DNA of 64,000 nucleotides from an uncultured Clostridia bacterium (GTDB lineage Bacteria; Bacillota; Clostridia; Christensenellales; Borkfalkiaceae): NCBI GenBank assembly GCA_947053545.1, contig CAMRSY010000004.1, positions 9,006 to 73,005 of the forward strand, read 5' to 3'. Shown piece by piece: positions 62,188 to 64,000 of this stretch (position 1 is its first letter; each line of letters starts with the position of its first letter). The notes under the pieces were generated by a model. It saw only the letters and a program-made list of their open reading frames with translations, ran no database searches and was not told where the DNA came from. The position numbers and the translations under genes were made by a program.

Positions 62188-64000
62188 TTATTTTTCTTTA
62201 ATAAAATACAGACAAGCCAGTTTGGGAATATCCAACGTCAACGAATACTCCTTCCCGTGGCTTTGCCGCCTTTTCGTTTTATAAATCCTCTGCTTTAATT
62301 CGCCCGCGCCGCCGTAACGCGCCGCGTCGGAATCGAACACTTTTCTGTATTTTCCTTCATACTGCCCGAAAGTATAATGTAGCTGATTGATTCCCGAAAA
62401 ATTAACAACCGCAAGAAGGCAATTGCCGTCTTTATCGTATCTGTTAAACGCCAGAACGTTATTTGTAACGTCGTCGACCACCAGCCATTCGAATCCGCTC
62501 CAGTCGGTTTCTATTTCGTACAGCGGTTTACAGTTTTTATAAAATTTATTAAGCTGTCTGACAAATACCGTCATCTGACGGTGCCTGTCATACTTTTTAA
62601 GAAAAAACTCTATGCCTTTTTTATAATCCCACTCTGAAAACTGGGCTATTTCATAACCCATAAAATTCAGCTTTTTACCCGGATGAGCGTACATAAAGCC
62701 CAAAAGCGCCCTTTCGGTTGCAAATTTATCATCGTACGAACCGGGCATTTTGTTTACTATCGAACCTTTTACATGCACTACCTCGTCGTGTGAAAGGGGC
62801 AAAACGTATTTTTCGTTTAACGAATACATCATTGAAAAAGTTATTTTTACATGATGATAATGACGGTAAAGCGGATCTTGCCGGCAATAGAACAAAACGT
62901 CGTTCATCCAACCCATATTCCACTTATAGTCGAAACCCAGCCCGCCGTTTTCAACCGCCTCGGTCACGCCCGCATACGCCGTAGATTCCTCTGCGAAAGT
63001 TTCCGCGCCGGCGAAATTGCGTTTTAAAACGCTGTTGAATTTTTTTATAAATTTAATCGCTTTTAAATTGCGGTTATCTCCGTATTCGTTAGGCGTCCAC
63101 TGCCCTTCCGCTTTATCATAATCGAGGTAAAGCATAGCGGCAACGGCATCCACCCTTAAGCCGTCTACGGCAAATTTATCAAGAAAGTACGCTGCGGACG
63201 ATAAAAGAAAACTGTCTACGCCGCCCCTGCCGAAATCGAACTTGCGCGTACCCCAGCCACAGTGCTCCATATTGTCCCATAACGGACACTCGTACAGGGG
63301 TTGTCCGTCAAACTCGTACAAAGCAAAATCGTCTTTGGGAAAGTGCGCGGGCACCCAGTCAAGTATAACCCCGATACCGTTATCGTGAAAAGCCTGCACA
63401 AGCGAAGCGAAATCCTGCGGCGAACCCAGCCTTGCCGCCACACAAAAATATCCGGTAACCTGATATCCCCATGAACCGTCGAACGGATATTCCGTTACCG
63501 GCATAAACTCCACGTGGGTATACCCCATATTTCTGACATAAGGCACCAGCGTTTTTTCAAGCTGTTTAAACGTATAGTACGACCCGTCTTTATGCCTTTT
63601 CCAGGACAGAAGGTTAACCTCGTATATATTTACGGGCCGCTCCCCTTTCTGCGGGGCGAGCCGCGCAAGAGGCTGCAAACTTTTATGTACAACCGACGCC
63701 GTTGAAGCGGGAAAATCCGAACAGAAAGAATAAGGGTCGGCCTTATAAATTTTTCTTCCGTCGAACGTAGTTATACAAAATTTATATCTGTCCCCTTCGC
63801 AGGCGGCAATTTCCGCCTGAAAGCTTTCGCCGTCTGACAGCCGCGCCATAACATCGGCACCGTTTTGCCAACCGTTAAAGTCGCCTACAACGCATACGCT
63901 TTGCGCATGCGGCGCCCATACGCGGAACACGCATTTACCGTCGCCTTTTGCGTGGCAGCCGAAAAATTCGTACGCACGTATGTCTTCACCGTTATGGAAT
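62188..64000 (-). CDS. glgB: 1,4-alpha-glucan branching enzyme (5' end truncated by the window edge)
   Basis: GH13 motifs DGLRVDAVAAM, FAEESTAY, LSHDEV. The reading frame stays open to position 64000 (...HNGEDIRAYEFFGCHAKGDGKCVFRVWAPHAQ). Confidence 0.95.
   Translation of the reverse strand, partial: FHNGEDIRAYEFFGCHAKGDGKCVFRVWAPHAQSVCVVGDFNGWQNGADVMARLSDGESFQAEIAACEGDRYKFCITTFDGRKIYKADPYSFCSDFPASTASVVHKSLQPLARLAPQKGERPVNIYEVNLLSWKRHKDGSYYTFKQLEKTLVPYVRNMGYTHVEFMPVTEYPFDGSWGYQVTGYFCVAARLGSPQDFASLVQAFHDNGIGVILDWVPAHFPKDDFALYEFDGQPLYECPLWDNMEHCGWGTRKFDFGRGGVDSFLLSSAAYFLDKFAVDGLRVDAVAAMLYLDYDKAEGQWTPNEYGDNRNLKAIKFIKKFNSVLKRNFAGAETFAEESTAYAGVTEAVENGGLGFDYKWNMGWMNDVLFYCRQDPLYRHYHHVKITFSMMYSLNEKYVLPLSHDEVVHVKGSIVNKMPGSYDDKFATERALLGFMYAHPGKKLNFMGYEIAQFSEWDYKKGIEFFLKKYDRHRQMTVFVRQLNKFYKNCKPLYEIETDWSGFEWLVVDDVTNNVLAFNRYDKDGNCLLAVVNFSGINQLHYTFGQYEGKYRKVFDSDAARYGGAGELKQRIYKTKRRQSHGKEYSLTLDIPKLACLYFIKEK

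Noticed and set aside
1-64000. Whole-window scan for CRISPR arrays, rRNA, IS transposases, reverse transcriptases/DGRs and toxin-antitoxin pairs
   Set aside because: I found no regularly spaced direct repeats, rRNA-like sequence, DDE/serine transposase, or RT motif (YxDD) in any long ORF. The XRE + small membrane protein pair (6133-6716) was considered as a TA or exclusion module, but there is no supporting motif.

Overview
This is a 64 kb window of a moderately AT-rich, Firmicutes/Clostridia-like chromosome (gene order glgB-C-D-A-P, SipW/TasA-like genes, low-GC promoters). All calls come from reading the sequence and ORF track by eye. No database search was run, and hand-derived RNA or site coordinates may be off by a few nt.

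**Layout**
- **1-8176:** the right end of an integrative element carrying iteron-like repeats, a replisome-organizer-like protein, SSB, a ParA + RHH partition pair, a MORN protein, a divergent XRE pair and a tyrosine integrase. It abuts the 3' end of a tRNA-Leu. Nearly every intergenic region of the element carries the same 8-bp inverted repeat, GTCAGTAC-N5-7-GTACTGAC.
- **8.3-20.9 kb:** housekeeping and accessory genes. These are coaE, polA, tRNA-Leu(CAA), a 1628-aa beta-helix surface protein divergent from a two-component system, an unannotated rubredoxin coupled to a rhodanese, and an isochorismatase-family hydrolase.
- **21.0-44.8 kb, all on the minus strand (the most interesting part):** two EAL phosphodiesterases, then a promoter plus c-di-GMP-I (GEMM-I) riboswitch with terminator. 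Downstream follow two TasA-like secreted proteins, a SipW-type peptidase, a membrane-tethered McrB-family AAA+ protein, a McrC/DUF2357-like coiled-coil partner and a second SipW. After a terminator and a new promoter come a 3447-aa GLUG/FIVAR protein ending in a dockerin, and an overlapping gene for a cohesin-like + cadherin-like membrane anchor.
- **44.9-64 kb:** tRNA-Arg(CCT), a TetR-controlled double ABC exporter operon, gap, fba, murG, mntP, tRNA-Pro and the glycogen operon (glgB is truncated by the window end).

**Other observations**
- Two of the four tRNAs read as A34 anticodons, Leu-AAG and Pro-AGG.
- No CRISPR array, rRNA or transposase was seen.
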